Position numbers and translations under genes: made by a program. DNA of 64,000 nucleotides from Podarcis muralis. Its lineage: Eukaryota. The DNA is taken from positions 50,592,001-50,656,000 of the forward strand of contig NC_135655.1 in assembly GCF_964188315.1 (NCBI RefSeq), in the 5' to 3' direction. Each line of letters starts with the position of its first letter. The stretch's first letter is position 1. Below, one piece after another: positions 34,331 to 47,604 of this stretch. Under the pieces are notes generated by a model, which had not been told where the DNA came from, did no database searches, and was given only the letters and a program-made list of their open reading frames with translations.

Positions 34331-37300
34331 CTCTACAGTTCTCTGGGCTTGCAAACAGGTGCTATTTTGAGCCTTACCTGGAGATGATGAGGAATTAGGC
34401 TCTGCCATTGAGCCATAATAGCCCTTCTTTATGTATGGAGAAGCTGGGTGCATCTATGCTTCATTGTGAATTCCCATCCTTTCTAGAATTTGAACGATGG
34501 GACAGTAGCACACTTTTGCAACACCTCTGATAGAAGCAGCAGCTGCATGTTAGAGTACCTCAAGGGCCATCAACCTCCATGGACTACAGCTTGGAAGTAC
34601 TAGATAAAAGAGAGTGATATGTCCATCAAGCAAAAAATAAGAACCGCTCAATATTTTCTTTATGTTGCCCACCAGCTTTGCTCTTGCTGAGTGAGGCATT
34701 AAAAGACATGGCATTTTAGCAATGGATTCTTGTATCTCATCATGGACAGCTAAACAGCCTGATGAAGATTTGGAGTTCAGCTTTTTGAACACCATAAAAG
34801 GAGTGATTGAGAGTGCTGCACCTCTCCCTTCTTCTGCCTACAAAAGTGAGAGTTGTAAGAGCCGAGTCTGCAACAAAACAATTATATTGAAATACCTCAT
34901 GTCGTGCTTATATGGCAAATGTGACAGAATTGAGTGCATCCTTAAAATAGCAGCAGCCGTCTTTTTAAAACACAAAAGTGGATGATTATTGATGGAAATG
35001 AGAACACAGAGCACAAGAATGGGGAAAAGAATGCTGCACTTAACTCTAACAGGAGCGATAAATCCTCCTTCCCAGAGCACCTGCAGAGATCTGGCCAGGT
35101 TTGCCCTTGTTGTGCTCCTTCGCCAACTGAGCTTGGGTCCAGGAATGCAGCTGATGTCAAGTCCCAGGCAGACCCTTTCTCAGATGGCCCTCACTGAGAC
35201 ACACATCAAGGAAAATGCAACATGACATACTGAGCAGTGGCTTGCAAGGTTCATTAGCCATAAATGGGAAGGCATCAATGGCATGAGGGGAGGTCTCAGT
35301 CATCGTGTCCCTCATTGTGTAATGCTGCTCCCTGAGATTCTTTGAAAGGCACATCAGAAAGAAGGCATTCATTTGGTAATAGGGACTGCTCTTCTTGCTT
35401 CCAGGCCAGGGAGAGATAAAAGTGGAACTCTCTGGCACTACCAGGAGAGAACTATGACCTGGAAGTAAAATTTAAAAAGCCATGATAGTAGGAAGGGAAA
35501 TATTTTGGGTATGTGTATGGATGGAAGGAAGTTGTTCTGCTGCCAAAACAGTAACTAGATCACGAGACTTAGAGGCAAAGCTGAACCAGAAGAGGCATTG
35601 CAAGGTTCAGGATACTGCTGGAGGTCTTTATAGCTGGCTCTGCAGACCCATCCTTTCCTGGTGCTAATCACATACAAGTCAAAGTCCTTCTTTGGAAGCC
35701 GTGCTAGCAACTGGAAGACTTCCCCCAGCACAGGGAGTGCTCTTCCTTCTCATGTTTGCTTCTACTGGAGCCAATCAGCATAGCTTTTTCTTGCAGTCTC
35801 GACAGCAATCCTGAGTTTTCCTGTATTGGGGACAAATTAAAGTACATGACAAGGGGCACATAGCAAGGAGTTTCAGCTGGTGTCTTCTAAGAGTCCTCTG
35901 CAGGGCATGAACTCCTCTTCATCCCTGCAGGTACTGGGGCAGCAGTGCACTCTACCTCTGGAACTCAAATTGCAGAGTCAAGGATGGGATGCAAGGATCC
36001 TGGTGATCCAGCCTCCAAGGATGTCTCTTTTGCAGTCTGGGACACCACAAGTACAAGCAACAGGTCTGGCATAATGCATTATATTCAATGTGGTGCTAAG
36101 GAGGACGTTCCACCAGCACAAGGATTTATCATAGCATGCTGAAATGTTCTCCCCCTCTCCTCCACCAGCACCCCACTAGATTTGTTCTGGGTTCCCCCCA
36201 CCCCACCCCAGAGCACATTTGGGGGACAACCCACAGGGTGCGTGCAGAAGGAGGAGAGGAGAGGACTCAGTGCACACGTGCTAATCCTTGAACTAGTGCT
36301 TTTATTTGGTTGAATGCTGCCCAATGCTTACAACGCAGGAAAGTCTTTGATTGGTACACCACAGATACACCACACACCCTGCCACAAGCTCTCCTGCTGC
36401 CTAGTTAGATCAGGCACATGGTCTTCTTTTGATTATGCCCCCTTAACACCTTCACAAATAGCAAAAATGGCCTTGATTCACTGATTTCCTGAGGAGGGAC
36501 CCACAGGCCCATAAGTTTACTCTGGCTTAGCACCTATTTCCCACCTTGGTCCACGTTTACTGAACACACACAAAATGGACTGTGGCGGGAGTTCTCTTGC
36601 TAGGCCAGTCTGGGGCTGGTGTAATGAGACATGAAAGTACAGCGAGTTCTTGATTGGAGGAAGAAAGATGCAGCTCTTTTCCTATTGCAGTCATCCAGAA
36701 ATGATATCTCTGGAGACTATTGAAGGAGGACATTTTAAGCGTAGGAAGGTCTATAATTTTCATCTGCCTCTTTACTTAGAGCTGTCATCCATATAATTCT
36801 CCAATGGGCGCTTTACAAATGTTTCAATGATTTTTCTTCTCATCTGACTGATAAAAATGAGTAGCTAATTGCTTAGCATTAATGACAAACAGAATGACAT
36901 GCTGGCGGCCTGTTTGCAGACGCTGCTACCTGATGAGAAGGAACTAAATTCAGACCGTGGAATGAGAAGGCTCCAGAGTGCAGTCTTGTACACACAGACT
37001 GGGAAACTGGGCCCACACAAGCCACATCACTGATGCTTTGAATACTGCTCTTAAAATACCAATTAAATCACATTCAAACCCGATGGGCAGCTTATTGCCC
37101 ATTAACCATATTGTCATGATTCCCTTTTGTGCCTCTCAAGTGGAGGCCCGGTTCCTGCCTTTTGATGAGCTTCCGCAATTATACCCTCATTATCAACAGT
37201 CATTGGCTTTCTTTATTAGTAACATAAGGAGGAAGTTGGAGTACACTTGATCTGTGGTGGAAACTATTCTGCCCACTCCAAGATGGCCTCTGTGGGCAAC

Positions 37301-37485
37301 AGTAGAATCCCACAGTTGGGGGAACCTGTATGGCTGTCCATATTATTGCCTGAATCTTACAGTCTTCTGTGGGTGATTGGTTAGGCATATTTCCACAGCA
37401 TGAAACATCATAAAATAATGAAAGATTCCACACATACCCCCTAAATAGACACCATATTTGTGTATCTGGTAAAGATAAATAAGTA

Positions 37486-37727
37486 CAGTGGTACCTCGGG
37501 TTACATACGCTTCAGGTTACATACGGTTCAGGTTACAGACTCCACTAACCCAGAAATAGTACCTCGGGTCAAGAACTTTGCTTCAGGATGAAAACAGAAA
37601 TTGTGCTCCGGTGGCGCAGCAGCAGCAGGAGGCCCCATTAGCTAAAATGGTGCTTCGGGTTAAGAACAGTTTCAGGTTAAGAACGGACCTCCGGAACGAA
37701 TTAAGTACTTAACCTGAGGTACCACTG
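37486..37727. mobile_element. Tc1/mariner (Tigger-like) MITE
   Basis: TA-cagtggtacctcggg...cctgaggtaccactg-TA; carries an internal 16-bp duplication at about 37501-37532. Confidence 0.92.
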
Positions 37728-38371
37728 TACACAAATGTGGTGTCTATTTAGGGTGTGTGTGTGGAATCTTTCATTATTTTATGTTTACAAGGAATCCAGG
37801 AAATGGAGAGGAAGTTGAGCTTAATGCTACCTGCTGAACACTGCTTTCTTGTGAAGTGTTTGCATTGTTTTCCTCCCCTGTTCCTCGTTTTAACAGAAAA
37901 CATGACAGGGTTAGGTTGTGCCAAAACTGGCCTCCTCCTGGGAAGCTCCAAGGAGGCTTTCCCCTTCTCCTCCTCCTCCTCCTCCTTCCCTCAGATCAAT
38001 TTTTGACAGTAATTAAGACCCTTGTGGTATCCCAGCTCCATTGGTTAACTCCTGGTGGGATTCTCTCTATAGACAAGGAGCACAACAGTAGTTTTAACTG
38101 CTCTGCTGTATGGGATGCCCATATACCACAATCAATTAACTTTGGTGTTATGCTATCTCTGCATTTAAGTTCTGTAAGGGACAGTGTCCATAGCTGGTGC
38201 TTCTGATGATTATCAGTGATAAGCAAAGGATGACAATATAACTACCAAAGCCAACCTTATGGTGAAGTGGACACTGCGGGCAACAAATTTTAGAAGGGCT
38301 GTTATTTCCCTTCCTCTAAATTTCATCTCCTGTGTTTAATTTGGAAAAAAAAAAGACAAGAATGAATTGCA

Positions 38372-38551
38372 NNNNNNNNNNNNNNNNNNNNNNNNNNNNN
38401 NNNNNNNNNNNNNNNNNNNNNNNNNNNNNNNNNNNNNNNNNNNNNNNNNNNNNNNNNNNNNNNNNNNNNNNNNNNNNNNNNNNNNNNNNNNNNNNNNNNN
38501 NNNNNNNNNNNNNNNNNNNNNNNNNNNNNNNNNNNNNNNNNNNNNNNNNNN
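38372..38551. other. Assembly gap (180 N)
   Basis: Run of N seen directly. Confidence 1.
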
Positions 38552-39399
38552 ATGCAAAAGTAACCAAGACTGGTACTCCTGAGTGCTGCATGTAAGGAGA
38601 AATTCTGCAGTTCAGCCTTATGCAAATGGGACTGACTCTGTAGTCCCATTTATTTCAATTATATACTCACGTGTAAGTGTGCATCTGATTGCAGCCTTAA
38701 CTCCCTTATGATATGCGTTTGGACAACAATTACAGAATTCTCCAGTAAAGTCTTCCTTATGTGTACACAGGGCTAGGAGTGTAGCTCAACGATTCCCCTT
38801 TGCAGTACACTTATAAACTGCTGTGGCTTCTTGCACTTGGTCCTCAGGATGCCCATGAGCTGCATTGTGATGGTTCTCAAGCACAGGATCATCCTCTGCT
38901 CTCTTTCCACAGAGAGGCTGGCAGTTTCCTCAAAGTGAGGTGCAGCAGTGCCTGAAGGCTGATGGACAGGACAGTTTTCCTATAGGAAACAACATCCCTA
39001 TCTGCCTGCAGATTGAATGGGAGAACAAATGCTTTGTGCTAATACCTGTCTCTGTCTCTTAACCACCGAGGGGAGACAGGCAGCAGCCTTTGTGCTGCTT
39101 TGATGGCCCAACGCAGATGCTGCTTGCTGGCCACTTCTATTTCTCTGCTCTAATAGTTTTGTAAATGGTCTCCAAAACCAGGCTCTTGTTTATTTGTTTG
39201 TAATCTAGTGAATGGGGGGTTAGGGGTTGGACATCAGAAGGCTGATGGGGCCAGAATTGCCATCCGTATTAACTTCATAAGTATTAGATTCTTACAGGTC
39301 CTTTGCAAAGAAGTCCCAGAGTGGGTTACAATAATTTTAAAATGAACTATTAAAATAAGTTAAAACTAATTACTTTCTAAAATACATATTTAGCTGTGA

Positions 39400-39472
39400 T
39401 TCCTGCATTACAGGGGGCTGAACTAGATGGCCCCTGGGACTACTCCCAACTCTGTGATTCTACGATTCTATA
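39400..39472 (+). mobile_element. CR1-type 3' tail fragment
   Basis: attcctgcattacagggggctgaactagatgg...ccaactctgtgattctacgattcta. Confidence 0.75.
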
Positions 39473-39569
39473 TCTCAGGTGTAAAAAATGAAGAGGTGCA
39501 TCTTCAGTGTGAGATGAGAACTAAATAGTGAAGCTGTTAGGTACACCTCTGTGGTGAGTGGAGTCCACA

Positions 39570-39688
39570 GCTTAGGCCCACAGTATTGGACTACAACTCC
39601 CATCATCCCTAGCTATCAGGATTAGTGGTTAGGGATGATGGGAGTTGTGGTCCAACAACAGCTGAGGACCCAAGTTTGAGAAACACTG
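39570..39688. mobile_element. hAT-type MITE family A (partial)
   Basis: ggactacaactcccatcatccc...gggatgatgggagttgtggtcc...tttgagaaacactg. Confidence 0.8.
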
Positions 39689-41543
39689 GAGGGGATGCCG
39701 CAAAGAATTCTCCTCTCCTCTCCTCCCCATCTTCTGTATGTGACGGACTCCAAGAGACCCCACCACTGCCAGTCATGACACTCAAGAGGGTCTGTAGGGA
39801 AGGAGACCATTTTCAGAAGGACTGCACATGTCCCATAATATGCATGGGCAAAGTTGCCAGGCACATCTTCTGCCAGGGGCTCTTACATGCAAGCATTGCA
39901 AGGGGGCGAGAAGAAGGGTGGCTAACATCTCCTTTGGCCACATTGACATCTGGGGAACCTTCTGGATCCCTGTGCCCCCCAAAGTGGGTGTGATCCCCCC
40001 TTTCTCTTGCCCACCCCACCCCTTCATATCCCACCCCCTTACTTTCAAGACTCGGCGGCAGATGGGGGTAAAGGAAAGTTATGGCCAAGTCCCCTGCAAG
40101 TAGATGAAGTAGATCTTGTCTGATCCATCTGCTCTCCATTCCTATATGCTTTGTGGCATGTAAATCAGAAAACAACTAAAAAGCGTATGAGTGGTTTCTC
40201 TCCCAAGGCCCAGCACCACTCGCCCCCCCCCCCTGCTCTAGCACATTACCACATGAACATGCACAGCCATTCCCCCAGACCAGCACCCCATTTCCTGCTG
40301 AAGCCACGCTGTTCTGGGGCTAAGAGAGCTCTTCTTACCCCGGCCCAACGCTGCCTATGGAGACATTGGTGGAAGCGAAGAGTAGACTGGAGTCCATGAG
40401 AAACAGAAAGCAGCGCTCTAATCTGCTCCGATGATTCATGAGGGCATCCAAGCAGATCACAGCACTCTTTCCTTTTTTCCTTCAACCTGCTCTTCCTTGC
40501 CATGGAAGCTGCCACTATTGCCAGTTAATTACATCCAGGGCTCATGGGCCAGATGAGGCCCACAGGCTGCTGTTTCTCCAGTTAGAAGTTAGTTGGAGAA
40601 GGTGACTCATCCTTATTCCCCCCTCCCCCACAACTTATTTTCCAAGCCAGAAGGAGGGGACATGATAACAGAAAAGCATTTTGTGAGACAGATTGAAAGT
40701 TGTGGAGAGAGACAGACAGAGAGCAGGCTCTGAGAGGTACCTTTAGATTATTTTGAGGGGGGCTTCTCTGGGAATCTGCTGGAGGGCTGTGTAATTTGCT
40801 GTTTGGTGGCATGTATCAGCTATGTCTCCACCTATGGTCAACCTGTACATTTGTAAATAAACTCAAACATTAAAAAAAACACAAATACGCCACTTTCTTC
40901 CAAAGTAAACTTAACCTAGGAAAGCACTGAACTGCTGGAACTAGTACCAAGCCCTCACAAGGTGGTTTCCATCATATAAATATAAAATCACAATAAAAGC
41001 AAAAACAAAAAAACACAAAACATACAGAAGCTGCATAAAAGTCAGGAATAAAAATCAATAAAGCAGCAGCAGGCAAGAATAGAGGTAAGCAGCAGCATGG
41101 GACTTGGCATAATATAATTGCAGTGAATAAAATAAATTCAGTTAACAGCAGCAAGGTATACGTATCAAGAAAAAGCAATTTGGAACAAATAGGTATTTAA
41201 TTCCCTTGTGAAGTGTCCCCCCCCCCCTTTTTAATTGCATGTTGGGATCAAAATGAGTCCAGGATCTGAAAAGGTTGAAAATTATTGCTCTGAAGTCCAG
41301 ATCCACATGCAAGCTCTTTTCAAATGTAATGAATGCATATGGGGGGAGGGTACAAGATTGTGGTGTAGGGTTGCATTCTGTGCCCCCAACAGTTGCACTT
41401 TCATTTTGAAAGTCTGCATTTATTCAAGGTGGCCAAAGTTGTTTGCATGCAGGCTTTATGTAGATCTTGAAATTAAGGCATGTAGGGTGGGGTGGCAGCT
41501 CTGCTGCAATTTTGCTCCCACTATGCATTAACAACATCTGAAA

Positions 41544-41547
<4 letters not shown>

Positions 41548-41621
<74 letters not shown>
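41548..41621. repeat. Compound (TC)n(AC)n microsatellite
   Basis: Seen directly. Confidence 0.98.
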
Positions 41622-41624
<3 letters not shown>

Positions 41625-42028
41625 AGCTGCTTGACAGCCACTCAAAGATTTTGCCTTTTGCTGTCAAAATTTCAAGGGTAAATATAAAGTCGCTGGCAGA
41701 GGTGGGCTTAGGGGAGTGTGACCGATTTGGTTGTACTGGGTGCGGAGTCCTTGGGGTGCTACAGTGGGTGCTGTATCTATGATGTAGAATGGAAGGCAAG
41801 AGGCCAGGAAGTGTGGTGTTGAATTTTGGCACTGAACAGGGTGCTGCTGAAATCTGAAATCCCAAGGTCTGCCCCTGCGGCTGGGTTCCCTGTCCACTCC
41901 TGCGCTGCTTCACTTCCCCACCTATTTCTGGCCCAGTGCGGCAAGCATGGAGTAAATGAGACCAGTGGTGTAAGAGGCTGGAAGAGATAATAGATGCATC
42001 TTTACTCGCAGCTTCAGAACATTTAAAG

Positions 42029-42156
42029 CAGGGGTGGGGGATCTGTGGCCCTTCGGCTATTGTTCCATTCCATCTCCCCACTGATGGTTAGGAAAAGAGG
42101 ATGGAAGTTGTAGTGTGGCAACATCTGGAATGCCACAGGTTCCTCCCTGTCCCCTG
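42029..42156. mobile_element. hAT-type MITE family A
   Basis: caggggtggggg...tgtcccctg; perfect 8-bp TSD atttaaag. Confidence 0.9.
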
Positions 42157-45100
42157 ATTTAAAGGTATAGGCAGGATCTCTGGGCTGTTATGTGCCAAAG
42201 CTACATAAAGTTTTAGCAGCACATTTCCTCTGCAATTCCCTCTCTGCGCATTCACCTGACTCATCAATGCCAACACATTTGTGCAAAGATCCTCCCTCTT
42301 TTCTAATCATGCATAGTCTCTGCTTGACGTGTTCACATTTTCTGTCTGCATCTCCCCCCCCCCCCATTATATATATACATGTTTTCTGTGTTGATTCCCT
42401 CCTTTCTTTGGGAATAGGAATGAAGTGCTGGTTCTGCTATACAGGGTCTCAGTTTCACATTATGAAGAAACAGGTGTTGATGACAACATTTGGTGCAGCC
42501 TCCCTTTGGAGTCTAAAGTGGAAGGGGATTTGATTCTTCCTTCTCTCGCTCTCTCTGCTTGATAGAAGGATTAGCATGTATCACAAGGCTGACTACAGGA
42601 GGGTTATTTAATGTGATTTGCAATGTAAATACTTTCATCATCAACCACATGTTTTCTTTAGACCCGAGTTGACTTTTATGAATATTAAAGATGTAGGAAT
42701 TGGTTTAGCAGGTCTGTTGGGGAGTGTGGGGGAAGCGGGGAGCAGATGGAACCAAGAATTTCTACAAGTGCATGACATGTGCGAGGCCAAGAGTAAAAAT
42801 GGAAAAAATCTGTGTGTGTGTGTTGAGGAGGAGGGACACAGTCAGTGTGTGCAAGAGGGAGAAAATGTTTGAAGTGCAGTGTGCGAAGCTCAGAAAAAAG
42901 GAAGCACAAGTGCTTGTATATTGTGGGTAGGAGAAAATACGTTGGAGGGTGAGAGAGAGGGCTCATCTACACTTCTGGTCATCCCATGCCTAGAAAACAC
43001 AGGCCCAAGAGGTTTCCTGCTTGTCCCATGTTTTCTAGGCACAAGTCTAAGTTTTCCATTTGCACCATGGCTTTCCCCGGGAAACAAACACTGAATCAGA
43101 ACAAACATAAATCCATGGAAAACCAATTGATGTTTGCTCTGATTCAGCAATAAAGAGTGGGTTTTCCTGGGAGAAAGCAGTGAAACCATCAGATGTGTGG
43201 ATGAGCTCTTTCTGCTGCTACAGGCCACCATGGCTACCTCTCTAGAACACATCCACTAACTCTTTTTCAAGTAAGGAGGTATTTTCTGAATTTACCACAT
43301 CAAAGAAAATATATATCTCTCTGGTACAAAACTGAGGCAATAAGGTCTCCACAGAGAACATGCAACTTGCCTCCACATTCCCACAGAAGTCCAGTTGACC
43401 GTGTGCCTTTTTGCTATGCCAGCAACTCCCCCACCCCAAAATAAAAGAAATATTGCTTCCCCTCTCAAGTATGGAGTGGGGTCTAGGAAGGAAAGTCCAA
43501 TGCTGTATAAGCTATTACGGGAAAGGAGGGCAAATATGACTGTAGAAGATTGGAGGTGAGAAGGCCATTTCAACAACAGCTTCCCAAAGGTGCAGGATCC
43601 TGCCTGCTCAGGAGAAAGGAAGGCAAAATCTGTCTCAGGCAGGTGAATAATGATATATGTCCAGAGAGCCTCTCGCTAATTACTTCATTATCTTTCTGAA
43701 ATGGCTTTCATTGCTTAAATCACTAGAGTGGCAAGTGATAAATGCCTCTTCAAGTGGAAAGTACTTTGAAAGGGAATTATGTCAAGGCATCACAATGACG
43801 TTTTCATGTCAAGGCAAACTTCAACGTCTTGAGTTCAGTGTCATTGCAGCATCCCTTCAGAAGTCACTATCAGCTCATGATTGGTGTCAAATTCTCTCTT
43901 TGGTGAGATCCTCTGTGCCCCAGCCCCTCTAAAACTCCGCATCTGATGTGATGAGTGAGACTCAGTTTCTTATTAGGCAGTGTTAGGATGCAGCAACATC
44001 TTCTCTTTGGGTACCACCACCACCCCATCTCAGCTTTTTCTATGGTAATCTGCTTCGGACATGGGTTGCAAAAGCCACCGACCGATGCAAATGGTGAGTG
44101 GTCATTGCTAAATGCTTCTAAATTAGGGGGGATCCCTTTTCATACATACAAAACTAGCATATATGGAGAAGACTAGGATACAACTCTTTTCTTTGACAGC
44201 TAGTTTTCTATGAACAGGTGGTAGATAATATGTTTCAAAACCTCCCCAGTATATATATATTTAAATCTATAGTATGTACTACCTTCAGTCTAAAGTAGTA
44301 TAGTCCCGGATCAAGTTTTAATATATTCATCAAGAGTATTATTAGCTAATAGCAAAATAGGAGTGTGTGTGCGTTGTGTGTGCAAAACAACCAGCCATTG
44401 TGCACATGAGACCTCATGGGGAATGTGCACAAAGTCCTTCCGTGAAGGGGGAATTGTGCACATTTCCTGGGCAATATGCATTATCTCCAATAGGCCTTGG
44501 CATATGTGCATATGAATTTTGTACATTCCTGAGCCATAATGCATAGGCATACATACTCATACACACAAATGTTAACTTCTAGCATCATCGCTGGCATAGA
44601 CCAAAAGCTGTTTTGGGCACTTGAAGAAGGGGAGCTGAATTAAAGCAGTTTGGGGGATGTCCTGTTATATGGAGGTGGGTAGGATACCACATGAATACCA
44701 CATGGCCATCTCTGAGTCCTTGGTCAGCCTTCTTTCTGGTTCTCTAGCTGCAGCCTGAATACACACAAAAGGCAAAGCATTTCTCATCCCTTTGGGCCAG
44801 TGTATGCATTCACTGGGATAGTCCTTTGGTAGACATGGGATGTCCATGATCTGACTGCCTACCTGTGCCTAATTCAGGCCCAGCCCAAAACACTTTGTTG
44901 CCTGAGACAAAAACGACTCCACTCATTCCACATACAAAAGTTGAGCAGATTGGCAGCTGACTCTTATTTCAGCACTGGTGATGGGACAACATATACAGGC
45001 AGCAAGCTGGCTTAGTGGGAGGCCTGTTAGGCTATGAGACACATAGAATTCTGGTCTCTGATACTTCGCTGCTGCTTGCTGATCCACACTATTGCGGCCT

Positions 45101-45233
45101 GAGGTGTCTGCCTCATTCTGCCTAATGGCAGAGCTGGCTCCATATGACAATTCCCAATGTGAAGCCAAAGATGGCTGCCTCATATTGCCTCATGGTTAAG
45201 CTGCTTCTGATTGGTCAAATGGAGGCAGTGCCT

Positions 45234-45588
45234 GGTCTGAGTCACTCTAAACTGCAGCTTTGGGGAGGGGGGCTGTATTATTTTATTTATTTGTTCAGTT
45301 AAAAAACAACTTTCTGAGCAGCGCACATAAACATAATAACCAATTATTACAATGGAAGGATAAAAAAGTAAAAGGTTATAACATATTTTTAAAAGCTTAA
45401 AAAATAAAATGGTCTGAGTCACTCTAAACTGCAGCTTTGGGGAGGGGGGGCTGTATTATTTTATTTATTTGTTCTGTTAAAAAACAACTTTCTGAGCAGC
45501 ACACATAAACATAATAACCAATTATTACAATGGAAGGATAAAAAAGTAAAAGGTTATAACATATTTTTAAAAGCTTAAAAAATAAAAT
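45234..45588. repeat. Head-to-tail tandem duplication, 177 bp plus 178 bp
   Basis: Units 45234-45410 and 45411-45588 differ by 2 substitutions and a 1-bp G-run indel. Confidence 0.95.
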
Positions 45589-46831
45589 GATATAATAAAT
45601 ATGCACAATATAATATATAACATAATATATATGCCTGGTGTCAGAAGGATGTCACATTTTGTGCTGTGAGAGCTTACATGAGGAAAAGAACTTCCACTAA
45701 GAAGTAACCACCCTTTTAAGAAGTTGGGGTGGTGGTAGTATGGGAAACAAGTCCCTTGGCCGAGTCCCAAGCTATTTATTGCTTTTAAACAGGTGTGGGT
45801 GCCACATTCTGTCAGGGACTGAATGCTGATGATGAGCAGGGACCAGAACTACCTCTTTTACTTCTCTTTCTGACACTGTCCTCTCCCCCTCCCCTCAGAG
45901 GAAGGACAAAGAGTACCCCCCCACCCCGAGGCCTGAACTGATCACTTACAGAGAGCTTTCCCATTGTTCCATTGCTCTGCCCATTTTGTCTTCCAGCAGC
46001 CAGCATGAATATAGGTTTTCCTCCCTGTTTTAATAAATTCTTAGCACCCTCAGTCTAAATTCCACCCTGAAACAGAGAAGCAGTCAGTGCACCTCTTTAA
46101 GGTTTGGCAATAGGTGTTCCAGTTGGCTGGTCTCTGTTAGCAGCCTAGCAGCTGCTTTGGAGACTAATGAAGGTTTCTATGACATCTTCAAAGGAAGCCT
46201 TGCATGTACCACAGTGGTCCAATGCTTATCACAGCCTGGGTGACTGTGGCCAGGCTATTTAGGTCACAGCGGATGATGGAGGCAGCCAAGGATGCCATTT
46301 GGTGATCAAGCTGGATTGATCAGCACCCCAGACAGTGAACCTGATCCTCAAGAGCAGGAATGGAGAATCGGTGGTTCTCCCAAATGTCACTGGACTATGG
46401 GCAAAACTCAACTTAGCCCTTCAGCAAACATGTAAATGCAAGCTTTTCAGCTTGCCAGACAGAACAATCCCCCCTCTCCTCTCCCCACATAACTCTTCTA
46501 GGGATTTCCCCAGAAAGAAATTTAGAAATAGTATGTCAGATGTATACTGTTCCAGTGGAAGTGAATGTCTTTCAGAGACAGGTGGGCTTGTTTTAACATG
46601 GCAGGAGCAGAGCTTGAGTGACGTTCTGCTGGAGAACCCGTTGGACTTTATAATCCTCCATTATTATTCCTTTGGGCTTGTTCTATCTTCTTGAGCTGCT
46701 TTCCCATCACCACATCCCTCTGGTTGCAATTGTTAATGAGATGTTGCAACAAGTAAATGAGATCAGTTCCCTTTCAAGACAGAAGACGCAGCTATATTTC
46801 TATTCAGCACCCATAAAAGCATACCTCCTGC

Positions 46832-47604
46832 TGTAAGTTCCCAGATTTATCCACTGAATGTGGGAGTATGATTAGGGAAGATTTAAAGCGAAAGGTTCTG
46901 GCTAGACCTGGGCCGGCTGATAACAGAGACAAAGTAATAGTGAAGGCAGACAGGAGTCAGGGAGAATTTTATGGGAAAGGCTATAAAAGAGAGGGCATCT
47001 TTAGGTTCCCAGGATTATAAATCGCATGTGGGAGCAAGAAAGAACGAAGGCGAAAGGAACCTGGTGGATCTTTGCCAGTGGATAATGGAGACAAAGTAAT
47101 TGTTCGAAGCAGACAAGAGGCATAGATAATTTTATGGGAAAGGCAATAAAGAAAGGAAACATCTGAAAACAGATAATAAAGTATGATAGCAAATATAATA
47201 TGCACAGATACTTATGCAGAATATGACCAACCTCATGACTCCTTTTATACCCCATCTTTACTGCAATAACTGTTTTCCCCCCTTAATCTGCCAACCCAAA
47301 TTGTTTGTTAGTCGGAGCTGCATAAAAACCAATCAATCAAAACCCTTTAATGCCTGAGAGGATTTCAGGACCTCGTTTTCAAACAAGAATACCAAGATGG
47401 TTTCTTCTTCTCTTTTTAGGGACATTAGGCCTGAAGTCAAATTACGTCTTAACGAATGACTGCATCTGAGATAGATATTAATGGGTGCAAGTTCAGTCCA
47501 GGAAGAAAACTGTATGAAACGAGACCCCAGAGACCGGCTGAGAAGAGAAGTTTCAGAGCAGTAAAGTTTATTAATAATCAGCTTTTATTAGATTGTTTTA
47601 AACA
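46832..47604. mobile_element. Probable solo LTR (773 bp)
   Basis: TGTAAG...AAACA termini with 4-bp TSD ctgc; TATAAAAG (46982) and AATAAA motifs inside; internal diverged duplication. Confidence 0.55.

Noticed and set aside
38316-38649. ORFs spanning the N run
   Set aside because: Artefacts of translating across the assembly gap.
41521-42081. ORFs with VCVC/RERE/HTHT runs (also at 25153 and 62146)
   Set aside because: They are translations of microsatellites.
43224-43259. Perfect Kozak GCCACCATGG
   Set aside because: It opens only a 9-codon ORF with no transcript context.
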